Source: Callorhinchus milii
Taxonomy: Eukaryota
Assembly: GCF_018977255.1 (NCBI RefSeq)
Contig: NW_024704743.1
Location: 22,818,001-22,882,000 of the forward strand
Length of the DNA: 64,000 bases
Direction of reading: 5' to 3'
Numbering within the stretch: the stretch's first letter is position 1; each line of letters begins with the position of its first letter. Below the pieces are notes generated by a model. The model searched no databases and was not told where the DNA came from. It saw only the letters and a program-made list of their open reading frames with translations. Made by a program: the position numbers and the translations under genes. Below are positions 61,236-64,000 of the stretch, piece by piece.

Positions 61236-62169
61236 TGTTGTGACTGTAGATTTGTAGGCAAAATGAAGCAATTGTTATGGAGGCATAGGTGACAGTGGAT
61301 TTGCGTGTGTCAGAAACGTGTTACAAACAGCAATGAAATGTTTATGTAATTGATTGAATTGGTGGGGTAAATTTGGAAAACAAGGGAATATATAATCCAA
61401 CACAACCAGAGAACAGCTTCACTTTTCTTTGAAATAGCGACAGCTCATGTCCTTCAGGTCCATCTGAATCACAAGGTTTGCCAACAAATAGACAGTCACT
61501 ATGCTTGATAGCAATACCTGCAAAGCGCTTTACTATCACGTTGATACACCTCAAAGTTCAAGTTGCTTCAATATTATTGGTGCGATATATTGTGACTTCA
61601 TCTGGCCTTATGCATTAACATTCTGTTGAATGATCAATAGATCACCATCCCACAATATAAAGACTGATGTAAAACAGGTTGTATAAACAGCTGTGCTATG
61701 TGGATTTTGATAGGTATTAATGTACATTGTGCATCTGAACTCCCTTATTCTGAAGAGTCTTATTTGTGGGATCATTGTTTCCTTTACACTTTTTTTAATT
61801 GGAAAAAAATCAGCGTTTCCTAAACCAACTAATTGTCCTTTGGAGGATTAAACATATTTTCTCCCGTTTTCCCAGTCAGGATGTAAATGACATCATCTTG
61901 AACGGTTTATTGATTTAAGGCTGCGGTAAGGAAATCTGTTTATAGAAACAAAGGAACAAGCTGATATGGCACATTACAAAAAATGCTATTCTTGTTTTAA
62001 GAAGGCGGTGTCCATTTTGAGAGCCACATCAGTGTCCATTTTGTACCAGAAATACACAGTCGCTGTACTCCAGCATTCTGCTCATCCTTCGTCCCCTCTG
62101 CTCCACCTGGGTGACTGTGATTTCAGCCCTGAAACTGTAGAACTGTAGAAGGCCTCAATGCCTTCCCTT

Positions 62170-62237
62170 CAACAACAACAACAAGATTACATTTGTATAG
62201 CGCCTTTCACGTCAGGAGGAGTCTCAAGGCGCTGGAC
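62170..62237 (-). mobile_element. L2 tail only
   Basis: (caa)n gattacatttgtatagcgcctttcacgtcaggaggagtctcaaggcgctgg. Confidence 0.85.
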
Positions 62238-62589
62238 AGAGTACAGCACTACAAAAAAGTCAAGGCAACGTTGCTTATTCTGTGTCCCAGCCTTGTCGTG
62301 CAGTCCGAGGAATTCTGTACAGATCACAGTCAACTAAATAACGGCAATGTTAAATAAACCAGTTCACATTGGTATTTTGAGTTCTATAAAAATGATGTGG
62401 AAGCCTTTTCAAATTGCTAAAATATTTCAAACCCGTTTCCGAAAGTAGCTTTATTCACTGGTTCCTTTTGCTGATCTTTCACAATGATTCAATCTAGATC
62501 TTTTAAAGAGTTGTGGAAAACTGGCTCCAAACGTACTTAAGAATTTTCCACCCTTAAAGACTAAGATGAGGTGCAATTTCAAGCCTTAC

Positions 62590-62810
62590 ATATTTTTATT
62601 CCTCCTCTGGTTATCTAATTCCCTTTTAAATGCCGTAATTGATTTATTCCATATCCTAATACCATTGTGTAAAACAAACTCTTCAAACCTCCCTTTTATG
62701 CTTCTGGAAAACATCTTGGATTGATGTTCCCTTGTTGATGAGTTGCCAGATGGTGGAAATAATCTTTTGATTATTTTCCTCTGATACCCTTACATATTTT
62801 GAACACAAAC
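62590..62810 (-). mobile_element. Old CR1 3' fragment
   Basis: ttatctaattcccttttaaa...ggtggaaataatcttt, homologous to 8340-8560. Confidence 0.6.
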
Positions 62811-63174
62811 TGGTTAAAGCTCACGGAACCTCTGGCTGTGCTACTTGGAGGCTAACAAAGTTCTTAGGAGCAATCGAGTTCAGTTGTTTTGAAGTTAATC
62901 TAGCCAAGCAACCAAATCTTGTCTTGTTCATCCCTGATTTAATGGGCAAATCATACCTCTATCAGTAGAGAGTGGGTATGTGTCGTTGCTACGTGCAAAT
63001 TGGCTGCCTTGTTCACCTACAAACTACACAGTCACAAGAAACACTTCATAGTATAGCCTATGAAGCTTTTTGAAATGTCTCGACAAAGTGATGAGGCTAT
63101 ATCAAACACAAGGGTTATTATTTATTATATAATGTATGTGCAGCAGGTATGTGTTATGTATACCTATGTATTTC

Positions 63175-63591
63175 ATGGTGAACACAGCAGCCAATTTACA
63201 CACAGCAGTGTCCCATAAACAGCCATGAAGTGAGTGACCAATTTTATTTGGGGATTGGTGGCTAGGTTATCAGGAGAAACTCCCTTCTCTTTCGAAAAGT
63301 GCCATGGGATCTTTAACATCCACCTCAACTGGCAGTTGGTACCTCAGTTTAATAGGTACCTCCAGCGCCTTGGGACATTCTCCTGACGTGAAAGGCGCTA
63401 TACAAATGTAATTTTGTTATTGTTGTTGTTAATGTCTCATCCGAAGGATAGCACCTCCATCAATGCAGCACACCTCCAGCACAGCATTGGAGTGTCATCT
63501 TAGACTATGAGTTCCAAGTCCTGACATGGGGCTTAAATCCATATCCTTCTGACTCAGATGCAAATGTGGTATCAAGTGAGCCAGGTTGACA
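63175..63591 (-). mobile_element. SacSINE1-like Deu-SINE with an L2 tail insertion (63362-63430, +), preceded by a SINE tail (+, ~62985-63125)
   Basis: gtgccatgggatctttaacatccacc...tctcatccgaaggatagcacctcc...ccttctgactcaga...tgagccaggttgaca. Confidence 0.88.
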
Positions 63592-63690
63592 TATATATGT
63601 CATGTGCTGTGTATACGAGTGCTGTGCTAATGCATGTGCTGTATGCATGCACTATGTATATGTGCGCTTATATGCTGTGTGCGTGTGTGT
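63592..63690. repeat. TG-rich low-complexity repeat
   Basis: Directly visible (tgtg/tgca/tatg units). Confidence 0.7.
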
Positions 63691-64000
63691 GGCTAGTGAG
63701 ATTCTCACTCAGACATGTGTAGCCCTCTAGAGATAGGCTAGGCCTTTTTGTAAGTTATTTCTCTTTGTTTTACATTTCAAAATATTTTTGTTGACTATTC
63801 ATTTGTTCAAAATAATAAATGTTTCATTTTCCTGTACGGAAGGGAACATTTGATGTTTTTTTAACAGGTCACAATGGAGGGGCCCTAAAAATTGTCTTGT
63901 TACTCTAGGCAATAAGATCGAGTAGAAACTTATCCCAAACAGTTGCAATGAACTGGAACAAGTGGATACAGCAGAGTGGAGCATTGGGGGAGGGGAGGAA

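Noticed and set aside
1..64000. A prokaryotic defence system, operon or other novel multi-gene system
   Set aside because: The window is CpG-depleted, gene-poor, LINE/SINE-rich vertebrate DNA. The RT sequences are dead non-LTR retrotransposon pieces, not retrons or DGRs.

Overview
This window is eukaryotic, vertebrate, repeat-rich non-coding DNA (intergenic or a long intron). It contains no operons, no CRISPR array, no rRNA or intact tRNA gene, and no intact protein-coding gene that I can recognise. Every ORF I can identify is a decayed LINE ORF2 piece; the rest look like chance ORFs. The repeats are CR1 LINE fragments of several ages, L2 LINE fragments, a young tRNA-headed SINE with a Deu-like domain and L2-type tail, older SacSINE1-like Deu-SINEs, an ancient SINE-like family and several MITEs. 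This mix suggests a cartilaginous fish, possibly a holocephalan (inference from repeat types only). The most notable items are not in the ORF track: (i) a frameshifted reverse-transcriptase remnant from a third LINE clade (RTE/RTEX-like) at 49624-49864; (ii) an unclassified four-copy family whose shortest copy has a perfect 13-bp target-site duplication and is probably the 3' end of a non-CR1/non-L2 retrotransposon; (iii) a 3' stem-loop shared by L2 and two SINE families, with modular SINE variants; (iv) perfect local duplications of 43 bp (direct) and 25 bp (inverted); (v) candidate small exons on the + strand. I see no convincing new biological system. Family names come from motif recognition, not database searches, and most repeat boundaries are approximate.
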